Assembly: GCA_964016885.1 (NCBI GenBank)
Contig: OZ024740.1
Coordinates: 243,598,001 to 243,662,000 of the forward strand
Direction: 5' to 3'
DNA: 64,000 nt
Source: Eledone cirrhosa
Taxonomy: Eukaryota
In this document: piece by piece, positions 1 through 12,349 of the stretch
How positions within the stretch are numbered: the first letter of the stretch is position 1
Layout of the letters: every line of letters begins with the position of its first letter
Notes under the pieces: generated by a model
Told to the model about the DNA's origin: nothing
Databases searched by the model: none
The model's input: only the letters and a program-made list of their open reading frames with translations
Position numbers and translations under genes: made by a program

Positions 1-435
1 TTTTGTGTTGCTCCTTTGTGTCCTACACCATCTTGTTTTTGTGTGCTGTGTACTTGGTTTACACATGTGTGTGTTTTTATTTATTTATTTGTATGTTTAT
101 TTACTTGTCACTAGTTATGTTTTCTGTTTAATTCTGGTTGGAGTTCATTTATGTTTGTCACATCTGTAATCTGTCGGAGCTTTGTGTCTGTTCTGTGTAT
201 GGATATCATTTTTATCTCGAGGTTATCTAGTGTGCCCCCATGTTCCATTCTGGCATGTTGGTGGAGTACTGATGAGTTTTTCTCATCTTAGAGTTCACAC
301 TAGTGTTCTTTTATCCTTTCTCCTATGCTATGAGCCGTCTCACCTGTATATAGTATTCCTATTCCTACACTGTCCCTCCATACATCTTATGCTATATACT
401 ACGTTTCTAGCAATAAATACCTGAATGTAATATCC

Positions 436-642
436 ATCAATGCAAACCCCAGAGGCAAACTAGCTTACAGATTTAGAAGGGCTCTAGATAAACTAGAATT
501 AAATATTAAGATAGTTGAAAGATCAGATATTCCCATAAAAGCCTTAATTAGTAGAACATATCCTTTTGATAAAAAGCCCTGCACTGATATGAAATGTATA
601 GTCTGCAAATTAAGCCCACAAATTAACTGCAAAACTAGGAAC
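436..642 (+). mobile_element. Penelope-like element fragment (RT-to-GIY-YIG linker, Cys-rich)
   Basis: Open frame INANPRGKLAYRFRRALDKLELNIKIVERSDIPIKALISRTYPFDKKPCTDMKCIVCKLSPQINCKTRN resembles the PLE linker 'P.G.L..I.VVE..G..LK..L..PF..C..C..C..C..N' that precedes the endonuclease; truncated. Confidence 0.55.
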
Positions 643-673
643 GCTGCAAAGCATTTTGTCCAACACTACTGAT

Positions 674-712
674 ACTGCTTCTTGGCCTTTTGGCTAAGAT
701 CAAAATGTAGTA
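674..712 (+). pseudogene. RNU2: U2 snRNA 5' fragment (about nt 1-38)
   Basis: actgcttcttggccttttggctaagatcaaaatgtagta vs conserved U2 5' end ATCGCTTCTCGGCCTTTTGGCTAAGATCAAGTGTAGTA; similarity stops right after GTAGTA. Confidence 0.85.
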
Positions 713-719
713 CCCTCAT

Positions 720-1260
720 AATAATAATTATTTCTACGTTTTGCACAAGGCCAGCAATTACCCAGTGCATTACTGGTACTTTATTTTATTGATCCCGTAA
801 GGATGAAAGGCAAAGTTAACCTCGGCGGGATTTGAACTCATATATAATAATGATTTCTAATTAAATCACAAGGTCAGCAATTTGGGGAAAAGGGAAAGTC
901 GATTGAATCAACCCCAGAAGGATGAAAAGGGAAATTTGACCTCAGTGAGATTTAATGTTAGAACTTAAAAAGTTAGAATAAATACTGCAAGACATTTTGT
1001 CTGATATTTAAATGGTTCTGCCAATCCAGTCATAATAGTTATAATAATTTCTGGGATAAGCCATTTTCAGGGATGCTTTTGTCAATTAAATCAACCTCTG
1101 TAATTGACTGCTACTTTATTTTATCACCCCACAATGATTAATAGTCAAGCAGGCCTCAACAGGATCTGAACTGAGAGCATAAAGAACAAGACCATATCTG
1201 CAAGGAATTTTATCTGATGCTTTAACAATTCTGTTGATGAGTATAATACAATGGGCAGGA
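720..1260 (-). mobile_element. Cluster of partial SINE family A copies
   Basis: Reverse complement of the family A core (cccagtgcattactggtactttattttattgatcccgtaaggatgaaaggcaaagttaacctcggcgggatttgaactca) plus more diverged copies at ~860-1025 and ~1080-1260. Confidence 0.75.
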
Positions 1261-1693
1261 TACAACAGAGGCAGGAATCACAACATAAAAACAGTAATAG
1301 AAAAACAATAGTAAAGACAAGAGATAACAAAATAGCAAATAAGTGCAATTAATTTCACAACCACATGGCTTCAGATTCAGTCCCACTGTGTGGCATCCTG
1401 GGCTAGTGTCTTCTATTAAAGCCTGTCTTATGTGTGTGTGTGTGTGTATGTGTGTGTTTATGTTGACACTACTTAACAACAAGATAAGAACCAGACTTAC
1501 AAATATGTACTAAACAAATCCTTCAAGATGGAGCCCCAATGACTGAAACCAGAAAATGAATAAAAGAAAAAAGGATAACAAAAAAATGTTTCCTTTCTCC
1601 CCCAATAGGAGGTGAACATCTACCTAGGACCAATCAAGTTAGTGACTGAAATATTTTTTCTAGTTTCAGGTATATCACATCAACAAAACCAGC

Positions 1694-1901
1694 ATGTTTG
1701 GAGCAAAACCCTTCTATGGCAATGAGGAAAACAAATGGGGATGGCTGCTGGTAATGGCAGCATTCTTCAACCAAATGATTGCTGTTGGTGGGGGTTTCTC
1801 TCTTGGTATTTACCATCTAGAATTTAGGAAGTACTTCAAAGGAACTTCAGCTGAAGTCTCACTAGTCAGTTCCATTTGTATTGGAAGTCTTATGGGTGCT
1901 G
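1694..1901 (+). CDS. SLC16/monocarboxylate transporter-like MFS protein, coding exon 1
   Basis: ATG at 1694; MFGAKPFYGNEENKWGWLLVMAAFFNQMIAVGGGFSLGIYHLEFRKYFKGTSAEVSLVSSICIGSLMGA has the MCT 'WGW' TM1 signature; donor G|gtaag after 1901 (phase 1); upstream acceptor tttcag| at 1669 implies a 5'UTR intron. Confidence 0.9.
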
Positions 1902-2385
1902 GTAAGTTGCATTTTTATACCAACCTTTTTATTTTACTTTTTTTCATTATTTCTTTCTTTTCTTCTTTCTTCTTCTCCTCCTACTTCTCTCCATCTATTC
2001 TGAAACAAGAAGTTGAAAGACTCAGTACACCAAACTGTAGATAGAAACAATGTGGGAGTTCATTTTACTATATTACATACTACAACTACTTCTGAATACC
2101 TACCATGTAAAGGTATGGTACACTACAGTACCATACCTTCACACCAGCTACTATAGTGAACTCTACCACCCTATTGTACCTATAACTGGGTACAATAGGG
2201 AGGTACAATTCACAATAGTACCTAGTACATATAGCTATAAATAGGTACAAGGAGGAAGTAGAATTTACTATAGTACTATAAATAGGGACCATGTGGAAGT
2301 ATAGTCCAGTATATTACCTAGTATAACTAACTGCTAATAAATACATTGTGGAAGTACAGTTTACTATAGCACCTAGTACATCTTG

Positions 2386-2572
2386 CACGGCTAGATTAAG
2401 CAAAATAAGCACATGCTTAGGGCATCAAGGGAAGAAAGGCATCATTTTATTCAAATTAAATGTGTTTGTCATTCCCCCAAAATCTTTTTTGCAGACCTTT
2501 CATATTGACTGGTGGAGTAGCATCTTAATCTTTTAAGTGCTCAGGGCCCCAAAAATACTTAATCTAACCCTG
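2386..2572. mobile_element. hAT-type MITE
   Basis: Imperfect TIRs cacggctagattaag ... cttaatctaaccctg; flanks acatcttg / acacgttg resemble a decayed 8-bp TSD. Confidence 0.5.
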
Positions 2573-2816
2573 ACACGTTGCTTTACCATGTGGAGGTATA
2601 TTTCAATGCTGTACTTAATACAGTCAGATGTTAATAAATATGATGTAGAGGCATAGGTTGCTATAATAACCATTGAGGGCACTGTGTATCTGAAGAAAGT
2701 AGAAGAAAGTAGAAAGACAAAGCCAAAATGAGAACAAAAGAAGAATTTTTATTTTATCCTTTTATCAATTGTAGTTCCATTTTTATCCAAAGACATTTCT
2801 AAATTAACATTGACAG

Positions 2817-2960
2817 GTCCTATTGTTAGTTATTTGGTTACCAAATTTGATTCCGGACTTGTGACAATACTTGGAGCCATTCTTTCAACTGCCAGCATGA
2901 TTGGGGCTATATTTTGTGAAAAATTAATATTGCTCTATATAACATTTGGATTCTTGACAG
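2817..2960 (+). CDS. SLC16-like transporter, coding exon 2
   Basis: tgacag|GT CCT...ACA G|gtaag; 144 nt; translates GPIVSYLVTKFDSGLVTILGAILSTASMIGAIFCEKLILLYITFGFLT (MCT TM2-TM4); missed by the ORF track. Confidence 0.9.
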
Positions 2961-4324
2961 GTAAGAGATTGTTTGTTATTTACTAATATATATATGTGTG
3001 TGTGTGTGTATGTACATACACACACACATATATATATATGCCTTTTTTCTTATGTTTTTATACCCATTCACATCTCACACCCCTCTTTGCTGTTTTTAAT
3101 ACCTAACACATCCAGAATTTTACTTGTAGCCACCTCCTCCAGTTTATAAATAATAGAGTAAAACTATATTTTTGTTTATATATAGGAAGGTGGACATCAA
3201 ATGAACTGGAATCTAATTAACAATGAATGACCACAGCTCTTCATAGAACAACAGTGGTCATTGCTATTGTTATCACACCCACAGCGGCTATTGTTATTGC
3301 ACTATCGCTATTGTTATAGACATATTGATTCTCCAACATAGAGGAAACAAATATGATTAACAAAGGCATTTCCACCACATTGAAGATATCTTATAAAAAT
3401 TATCACTTTAAACACCACTGTCATTGCAAAAAACAAAACGAAAAAAAAAATAAATGTTGTTGTTATCTTGTATCAATCTAAACATCTGCTATTGAACTAG
3501 CCAGAAACTACAACTACAACTTATAACAAAGAAATTTATAACTGATTTGTTAGTTATAAATTACTATTGGATGTATCTTGGTGATTTCACATCCCATTGT
3601 TTAAATGTCTGAAACATATTTGTCTGCAATCTTAACTATAGATATGAAATATCTCACCACCAATTTTTTAAAAATCTCTTTTCTTACCATATTTCTAATG
3701 AAAAACAATGACTATTTTTTTCAAATAATTCTGAGAATAACCAAGAATTCGGATGGAATTAGTAATATAATAAGTATTCTTATTATCAAACTGGTGTCTG
3801 AAGCATAGTTTGACAAAGGTCTTTACATAAAATTATGATGGAAGGTTTTTAGATAAATATTGATATTTAAAATAAATAGTTAAGTATCAGAGAATCATGA
3901 GCAGTTTCAGACAGTTTATTATCAAAAGGGTTAATTTATATATAATAATTGTAATAACTTACAATTTGTTTCATGGTAGAGTTATTGAATCCCAGAGCTG
4001 TAACAGATATGGAACTTGGTAACAACTCTTGTGATATATACTTTGTGTAATAATCTACACCAACCAAACCCATTCCCATGAATAATAGATAAATTTATTT
4101 CAAAATGCTAGAGCTCTATCCTACCTAACAAACCAAAATCTTTGTAATCACCATTAGCCTCAACCCCACCCTGAACAATTTGAAATTACAAATACTTATT
4201 GAAAACATAAAACATAAGTTACTTTAAAAACTTAATATGAAAGTCAAATCTAGGAAAAAGTGTGAAAAGAAATAAAACCAAGGAAACTCGAATCAACACT
4301 CATATATTTATATATATATATGTT

Positions 4325-5745
4325 GAAAATCAAAACGTACCATCTCCACCACCTCTGACATCAAATTCTATAGCAGCTATCAAATTTACACCTGCAATGT
4401 TGCTATGCCACCTTAAGAATAAACGCAACTATGCCTCTCCCAGTCTTGATGGTGTTACATACCTGCTTCTCAAACGTGGTGGGTACTTTTTTCTGCACCA
4501 GCTTTCACTCTTCTTTTCAATTCTGCCTTGACAACGGTGTTACTCTAAAGCAGTGGAAAACTGCCCTTATCATTCCTCTGTTCAAACTGCATCACCAAAC
4601 TGATGGAGCCTTGTGTCAGAGAAACACTATGGAACTTCTGGAATTCTCACAGCCTTATCCAGTCCTCGCAATTTGCATTTATCCCCAACTCCAGCTGCTG
4701 ATGCCAACTCATTGACTTTCTTGAAGACATTACCTGAATCACTGATGGCAGCTCATGGGTAGATGTTATTTATCTTGACTTTGCTAAAGCTTTTAATTCT
4801 GTGCCACACAAAAGACTTATGGCAAAACTCTCTGCAATGGGTGTGAGAGATGATTTTTATAACTGGTTGAAGTCCTTCATTCTCAGTTGAAGAGAGGTAG
4901 TCACGGTTCTAGGGCAGCATTCTTCACCCTATGAAATGACATCTGGTGCACCACAGGGACCTGTTCTTGGTCCTCTTTTGTTTCTTGCATATATTAATGA
5001 CATAGATGCCAACATATAGAATGCCACAGTGCTTAAATAACATCAAGCTGTACCTTGAGATAAAAAGGACAGATCCTGTGCACTATAGGTCTTTCCTACA
5101 ATCAGACCTGGACACAATGCAGCAATAGATTATGGACTGGCAATTCAAGCTGGCTGTGGACAAGTGTACCACCATGTATTTTGGGAGGAAAAACTCAGTG
5201 CTCACATACTCCCTCCACAACACCTATCTCAAGATGTCTTTGTGTGAACGTGACTTACCTGCATCAGATGTTAACTTTGGGACACTGCATCCTTCAAAAC
5301 TTCCATGCTTCCTGAAAATTGCCAACAATACACCTGATATTCCTTCTCTATACACATGCATGCGTGTGTATGTGTGTATATGTGTGTATATCCTGACTCA
5401 TACACTGTTCTTTTTCTTGACATTTGTACATTATTATTCTATGTACGGTGGATTGGCAGTATCGGTAGAGAGTCGGACACCATGCTTTGATGCATAGAGT
5501 CGGACACCATGCTTTGATGCATAGAGTTATGGCTCTTTCCATTCTAAGTTCAAACCCCGCCGAGCTCAACTTTGCCTTTCATCCTTACGGGGTCGATAAA
5601 ATAAAGTACCAGTAATGTACTGGGTAATTGCTGGCCTTGTGCCCAAAGTAGAAACAATTATTATTCTATGTACTATACATACATCTTTGATGAGTTGTAG
5701 TGCACCTGAGAACTGTACACAATAATTTTCATTATTATTATTATA
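4325..5745 (+). mobile_element. Decayed CR1/L2-group LINE (RT region and 3' end)
   Basis: Frameshifted motifs WKTALIIPLFK, VDVIYLDFAKAFNSVPH, SGAPQGPVLGPLLFLAYIND, WQFKLAVDKC; (att)n tail near 5730. Confidence 0.8.
5447..5656 (+). mobile_element. SINE family A with 17-bp TSD and internal 27-bp duplication
   Basis: ggtggattggcagtatcggtagag head; TSD attattattctatgtac at 5430-5446 and 5657-5673; agagtcggacaccatgctttgatgcat occurs twice in tandem. Confidence 0.85.
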
Positions 5746-5934
5746 TATAGAGAGAGAGGGGGTAGAGAGTAGAGTGGTTAATACAAAACATTGTGAGATA
5801 TCTAGTAAAAGACATACATTTTTTTAAAAAGCCAGTACAATGCGATAAAAAAATAGGAAGAGCAAATGATGACAAATGAAACAAAACAAAACAAAGTAAT
5901 GTTTTACCCAGTGTATTTTAGCATATTTTAGGGC

Positions 5935-7390
5935 TATTAACCTCTTTTCAGGTGTGAAGTTGAAACAGTTTAAGACAAGCGATCAGTTTTCAGAGTTTCT
6001 TCCTTAACACATGCACATGCTCGGGGTTGCTACAGTAACCATTCTGCCTCATGCATTTCTGACCTATCATTTATCTCTGGTTTTATTCGGCTGATGGAAA
6101 TAGCCTCCTTAATCCTTAAATTTCCCATATTCCTTTTTGGTCGCCTCTATGGTGACCTTGATGTCTTGGTTACAGTATCTGTCAAGAAGAGGCTCTCATT
6201 GTTACGTGTTCCTTGATCTGTATGTGTAGCCTCCTTATAGTACTTCCGATTTATGAGGAGCTGCATTTTTTGCACGTGATCTTACAGACCCCATAAGCTC
6301 TCATACATACTTCTGTGTTGTTGATGGAACACTTAGGAATTGTGTATATATCACTGTATGTGGGTTGGTGTCTGTGGAGTAGTCTCCTCAATGAGGGTCC
6401 CGAGTTTGTCAGTTGCATATTCAATTTGCAAATTGGGTGTATATGGATTCTTTCTCTGCAGCTCTTAGTGTCAAGTCGAGTAGAGAGAGAGATCCAGCAC
6501 TGTCTAGATGTTCAACCTCAAATTTTATGTGTGCGTCAATGTTTCCAAAGATGTTATAGATCTTGACGGCTTCTTCATGTGATGAAGTGAGCAAGAGCGG
6601 CAGGTGGTGAGTGCTCCAACTGGTCCATTTACATAATGATCAGCAGGCCTGAAAGACTCAAACCCAATGGAAGTCTTGAGATCTGTTTGTATATGGAGCC
6701 CTCAAACTGGCAAAAGGTGTTGCACATGATGATAGAGAACACTTTGCGGGTATCAGTAGCAGTGAGCCCAAAGCAATTGAGATCAGTAAAGGTGATGATG
6801 TTGTCTGTAATTAAGTTGATTGCTGAGGATGTGGGGACAGTGGTGTAGAGGGAAATTATGCCTAAATAAATGGGTATCTATTCTGTCCTAGTGTGGTGGG
6901 AGTCAAGTTCTTTTAGTCTGTTGACTACTTCTTATGAGCGATCTACATGTCTGGGGAAAGTGTGAAGGAGAGATTTGAGAAGTTTGGAGAGAAGCCAGGA
7001 AATTTTATAGAAAGGATCGTTTATTCCAGAAACAATGCATCTAATTTTTAAGTTGGGTCCTGTTTTATGTGTCTTGATAAGATGGTAGAAGGTGGGAGCT
7101 TACTGCTTCTAGTGATGAAGATGCATTTTATTCTACTAGGAAGGTTTTAGCAGCTACAGATATTAGTCCAGCTGATGTCAATGGTGGTCTTTAGTTGGCT
7201 AGGTGTGATGATGTTGTTAACCTTACTATATAGAGTTGCATTGTTAAGGTGTTCTAGCACTAGTTGTGTGTAAATGTTCTGCTCAATGATACAGAATTCT
7301 CTCCCTTTGTCTGATGGGAGGTATATTAATTTTTTTAAACATCCATCAACTTAATTACAGACAACTTCATCACCTCTACTGATCTCAATT
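5935..7390 (-). mobile_element. Decayed Penelope-like retroelement (RT plus probable GIY-YIG)
   Basis: Minus-strand remnants PSDKG, PTFYHLIKTHK, KIRCIVSG, ISLYTTVP, LPLGLSLSGLL and VIYTIPKC in canonical PLE order, with many stops. Confidence 0.7.
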
Positions 7391-7529
7391 GTTTTAAGGG
7401 TAGGATTTAAGGGGGTTGAGATGATCCTAGATGGATTGGAGGTGGCGGTGTATAGAGATGGTAAGAATAGCTACTAAGGAGTGATAGTAAAAGGGGTGCA
7501 TGAATAGGTCAAGCCACATCCTTTATGCT

Positions 7530-7830
7530 AGTATGTAAGTTTACTCCATTATCACATTTAGCCAATTCTCACAGTCCTTTGTCATCTCTGTCATGAGTTT
7601 CAGCTTCATAAAGTCAGTCTTCATTACTTCATCCCATATCTCCCTAGCTCTACCTTTTCCTTGAATCCCATCCACACAGACATCTCTGCATTTCTTTATA
7701 CAGCTGTCATCTTCCATACGCATCTTATGTCCATATCAATGCAGTCTTCCTTGCTCACTACATCCATTTCCTTTTATACAACGTTTTTCTCTCAGCTACA
7801 TTGTTTACACTCACTAACATTACACATTAG
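7530..7830 (-). mobile_element. RTE LINE 3' fragment
   Basis: ORF 7541-7723 RMEDDSCIKKCR..GKGRAREIWDEV matches the C-terminus of the RTE copies at 14.4 and 39.5 kb. Confidence 0.75.
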
Positions 7831-8250
7831 AGAATACTTGTTTCAATTCTTTCTACATTTTGCAGGTCTTGTTGCCATCTAGCATTGTAGTTCTCTTTAT
7901 CATTCTCTTTCTCTTCCTTATTGCATTTCTTCTCTTTGTCTCCTTCTTCAGGACCTCTGAGAGAAATTTCATAAGGTGAAACACGACTGTATTTAGACCC
8001 ACCAGGGTATATGGGAATTGCTTTCAAAATTCACTGGCATTGTGTTTTATTTTTGAGGGGGAAGGTGTCAGATATTTATAAGTCTGTCTTTGGCTCTCCA
8101 GGCCCCAGACAAATATACCTGCTGAACCTCACTCTGATAGGATCTTCCCTACCCTGCTTCTCTTTGTTCCTTAATATTTCCCTCTTCTTCACTCCAACCC
8201 TCCTTATTTTGTTCAGTTCTTCACTATACATTGTTTTCCTCTTTTACCAG

Positions 8251-9102
8251 GTTTTGGCCTCTGTATGTCTTACCTACCGTCCACGATCCTTGTTGGTCTA
8301 TACTTCAAGCAGTACTGCAGTCTGGCCACAGGAATGATCTCCATTGGCATCGGTCTTGGAGAACTGGTTTTCCCATTTCTTTACACATACATCATCAATG
8401 TTTTCACATGGAAGGGCTCACTCTTCATCCTCGCAGGAATCTTCCTCAACATGTGCATGCCAGCATTTCTGATCCGTCCTCTTTCCAATTATGAGGAGAA
8501 GAATGTACAAGAACCCCTGGAAATCGTGAAAAAGGACTTTTCAGAATTGAACAAGGAATTGCAGACAATCATCATTCCAGACACACATGTCACAAACGAA
8601 CAACCAAAAAGTCTGCGATTATTTGGAAACATCAAATTTTCTGTATATTTTCTTGATATACTATTATGGAATGCTGGTACAATTATTTTGTATTTCCAAG
8701 GTCTTGAATTTCTTCAAGATGAAATTGGTTATAACAAGGAGACAATTAGTTCCATAATGTCTGCTGTTGGTATAGGCAATGTTTTTGGCAGCTTATTTGG
8801 TGGCATTCTTGGGAATGTCTCATGCTGTGACAAAGTCATCATCTATGCTATATTCCATCTCGTTAATGGATTATCAGCCATTTTATTTGTTTATGTAAAT
8901 CGATATAAAACTTTCATTTTTCTTGCAATCATATTTGGTCTAACGTTGGGTGGAATTTTAGGGATTATGTATGTGATTGCTGTAGAATTGGTTTCTCATA
9001 AATCCTCTAGTATGGAGAAAGTCAAATCTGATTGGACCACTGTTGCAGGATATGTGATGCTAGCCAATGGAATTGGTTGTTTTCTTGGACCACCATTTGG
9101 AG
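8251..9102 (+). CDS. SLC16-like transporter, coding exon 3
   Basis: ttttaccag|GT TTT GGC...GGA G|gtaag; 852 nt; GFGLCMSYLPSTILVGLYFKQYCSLATG...FTWKGSLFILAG...GIGCFLGPPFGG matches MCT TM4-TM11. Confidence 0.92.
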
Positions 9103-9927
9103 GTAAGTGAAAAAATACCTTAATTCTACATGTACTGGATACTGGGAAATTTTTATGATTGGTCAACTGGGGTTAGTGTGGTTGAAAAATTAATCTATCA
9201 CCCAGTTTAATACCATCACCTGACCCTTAGGTTACTTTAATGAAGTTCACTTTGTTGCAAACATTCAAGCCATGCCTCTGATTTCAGGGCACCTTCCTAC
9301 TTGCCGTTCACTAATCTCAGAAGCTCTGAAAAGGGTCATAAACACTGCCTTCTCCACTAAGACTCAATGGTAAAATAAATGTTGGTGTAGCGGTAGAGCT
9401 CAAAAGTTTTAGGTGGAACTATCTCTAGGCGATTACCCTAAGTTTAACTCAGTGACCAGAGTTGTTATTACAGTGTGCCTCTTGCATGTTTAGCCAGCCT
9501 CATAGGAGATCTTTTCAGTGTCTTAATGATAGGGATGCAGTTCTATCATATCACGATTTTTACAATGACAGGAGGCATTGCACAGAGCTGCAACAAATAT
9601 TGCAAAGCAACTCTGTCAATCCACTGGCCAGAACTGTGACAGGATTTCTTTTTTACTCTGAAAGGATGAAAAGCAAAGTTGACCTTAGCAGTATTTGAAC
9701 TCAGAGCACAGAGTTGGAACAAATAGCACAATGCTTTTATTCTAATGGTGTAATGACTCTGCCATTTCGATGTGACATACATACACACATACATACATAC
9801 ATACATAATATATACATGCATACACACACACACACATATGCTTACAATTATATCTACATACGCATCTCAATCTGTGATGTCAGGCGAACTAAAAGTTAGG
9901 TTTTAGGAATCCCTAACGTACTCTACT

Positions 9928-10222
9928 ACATCATCATCATCATCATCATTTTACGTCCACTTTTCCCTGCTTGCAAGGGTGGGACGGGAACTGATACTGG
10001 CTTGATTTCTACAGCTGGATGCCCTTCCTAACACCAACCTCATTTACAGTGAGTGCTGGGTGGTTTTTGCCGTGACACCTCCACGACCACTTTGCATAAC
10101 GAATAACAGTGACTTCCTAATACTTGCAGGAGACTTTAATGGACATGTTGGAAAACACTGTGATGGCTTCTACAGAGTCCATGGAGCCTATGGATTAGGT
10201 GCGAAAAACAATGAAGGTTTCT
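9928..10222. mobile_element. SINE family B 3' part (minus) abutting an RTE endonuclease fragment (plus)
   Basis: (cat)n tail plus ttttacgtccacttttccctgcttgcaagg; then LILAGDFNGHVG..VHGAYGLGAKNNEG (APE domain motif). Confidence 0.7.
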
Positions 10223-10788
10223 CGACTAGTATTGTAATCATTTACTTTGGTCAGCTATGATTGATATGGCTGTAGTCATATGTGATTGGTTGGGGACAGA
10301 TATTAATATAATTAGCTGTTGATGTTTTAATCCAGAAGTTTTATTTTGTGATCAATAGTTTACCACAGTGAAACACAACAATATAAACACAAAAAGAGAG
10401 ATGACCACAGAAAGGTAGTGAATTGGCAGAGTTGTTAGAGCATGGGATGGAATGAGTTTTGATATTCATTCAGACTCTGTGCTTTTAGTTCAAATCTTGT
10501 TGAGGTCAATCTTGCCTTTCTTTGTAAGTGTATTGTGGAGTACAGAAGTAGTGTTTTGAAGGAGTTTTGTCGAGTGTGAGTATATTGTGGAGTTGAGGGG
10601 TTTTGTCAAGTCATAGTGGAGTTGAATTAATTAATTATCTTTTATAGTGAGTATTTGTTCCCATATTGGCAGATGCCATCTATGGCATTGATAAATGTTG
10701 ACTTTGTGGTGATAATGGTGGTTGTGAATGGTTGAGGTGTTTTGTGGTAGTAGATGGTAGTGGTGGTAGTATTGTGTGAAGTAATGGA

Positions 10789-11120
10789 GGCACATGGCTT
10801 AGTGGTTAGAGCATTGGCCTTGCAATCGAAAGGTTGTGAGTTCAATTCTCAGACCGGGTGATGTGTTGTTTCCTTGAGCAAGACACTTTATTTCACATTG
10901 CTCCAGTTTACTCAGCTGTAGAAATGAGATGATAGGGACTGGGGTCCCTATCATTCCACTGCAAAGTGGTCGTGGAGGTGCCACGGAAGAAAAGCACCCA
11001 GCACTCACTGTAAATGAGGTTGGTGTTAGGAAGGGCATCCAGCTGTAGAAATCAAGCCAGAATCAGTTCCCGTCCCACTCTTGCAAGCAGGGAAAAAGCA
11101 GACGTAAAATGAAATGATGA
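10789..11120 (+). mobile_element. SINE family B (tRNA-derived head, RTE-type tail), full length
   Basis: A box tggcttagtggttag, B box gagttcaattc, central ccttgagcaagacac domain, tail ggttggtgttaggaagggcatccagc...gacgtaaaatga; near-identical to 38809-39157 and 43292-43613. Confidence 0.85.
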
Positions 11121-11239
11121 GTGGTGGCAGTGGCAGTGTTGTGTATATTTTGTATAGTTGTGATAGAGATGGGATTGTGTGTAAGGTGTGTGGTGGTGTT
11201 GTGTATATAGTGTGTAATGGTGGTGTATGAGGGTGGTAG

Positions 11240-11675
11240 CAGAAGCGTAACTAGGGCACGGCAACCATGACACATGAAGGCGGGGGGTGCCATTTGGACT
11301 AGGAGCACTTTACATTGATGTCAGATAAGCTGTCGTCGAAGAGTGAAAAAAGAAACTTCTTTAGATGTATGATCTGTTTTTGATTATCATGGGTGAGAAT
11401 CACTATGGTGGCTGGATCATTAAACCATTTATATAAATTATTATGTCCATAGTTAAAATATAGTGCTGGGACCACATCATAGACAAATTTGTATCACTAA
11501 AAGCAAGAAAGATGCAGTTGTAGTTTTCATGTATTGTTTTCAATTAAAAAATTAACAAATGCGATAAATATTTTTTAGCTGATTCTATGGTTATCTGAAA
11601 GATGGGTGTCATGTTTGGGCTGGGGCGCAATTTTATTGCTTGTCATAGGTGCTATCTTCCCTACTTACACCTCTA
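11240..11675. mobile_element. hAT-type non-autonomous DNA transposon
   Basis: TIRs cagaagcgtaactaggg ... ccctacttacacctcta; 8-bp TSD ggtggtag / ggtgttag. Confidence 0.6.
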
Positions 11676-11968
11676 GGTGTTAGTGGTGATATTGTGTAAG
11701 GTGGTGTGTGGTAGTGGTGGTGTTATGTGTAGGTTTTGAAGTAGTGGTTGTTGTCAGAATGCCATTGTGTATAGTGTGTGATAGAGGTGTGTGGTCATAG
11801 TAATGTATGTATAGAGTATAGTTGTGAGTTTGTGATAGTAGTGCTACTGTATGATGACTGGTAGTGAATGTGGCATATAAAATGTATGGTTATATATATA
11901 TATATATATATACATATATATATGTGTACACACACACAATGTATGTATATATATATATGTATATATAC

Positions 11969-12349
11969 TTATTCAGAATAATAATAAATGAAGACATTCA
12001 CATAATCATAATATATGTTTTATTATATATATTTCGAAGGTACTGTGCTGTTGTTTCAGTACGTCCTCTTCAGATAAAATACATGAATTGGTGTATGACA
12101 TACCTCAACTGTCTTGATAGTTCAATTCCAGTATTGGCAGTAAGATACTGATAGTTCAATTCCAGTATTGGCAGTATCTTACTGCCAATACTGGAATTGA
12201 ACTATCAAGACAGTTGAGGTATGTCATACACCAATTCATGTATTTTATCTGACGAGGACGTACTGAAAAAACAGCACAGTACCTTCGAAATATATATAAT
12301 AAAACATTTTGATTATGTGAATGTCTTCATTTATTATTATTATGAATAA
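11969..12349. repeat. Long inverted repeat (~180-bp arms) with duplicated centre
   Basis: 11969-12150 is the reverse complement of 12172-12349; 28-bp direct repeat at 12115-12142 and 12149-12176. Confidence 0.92.

Noticed and set aside
1902-2044. C-terminal extension of ORF 1694-2044 (and GK-stop ending of ORF 8265-9110)
   Set aside because: Read-through into introns past clear gtaag donors.
10789-10860. tRNA-like sequence with TTGCAAT loop
   Set aside because: It is the head of SINE family B; stems are imperfect and it continues into the SINE body in all copies.
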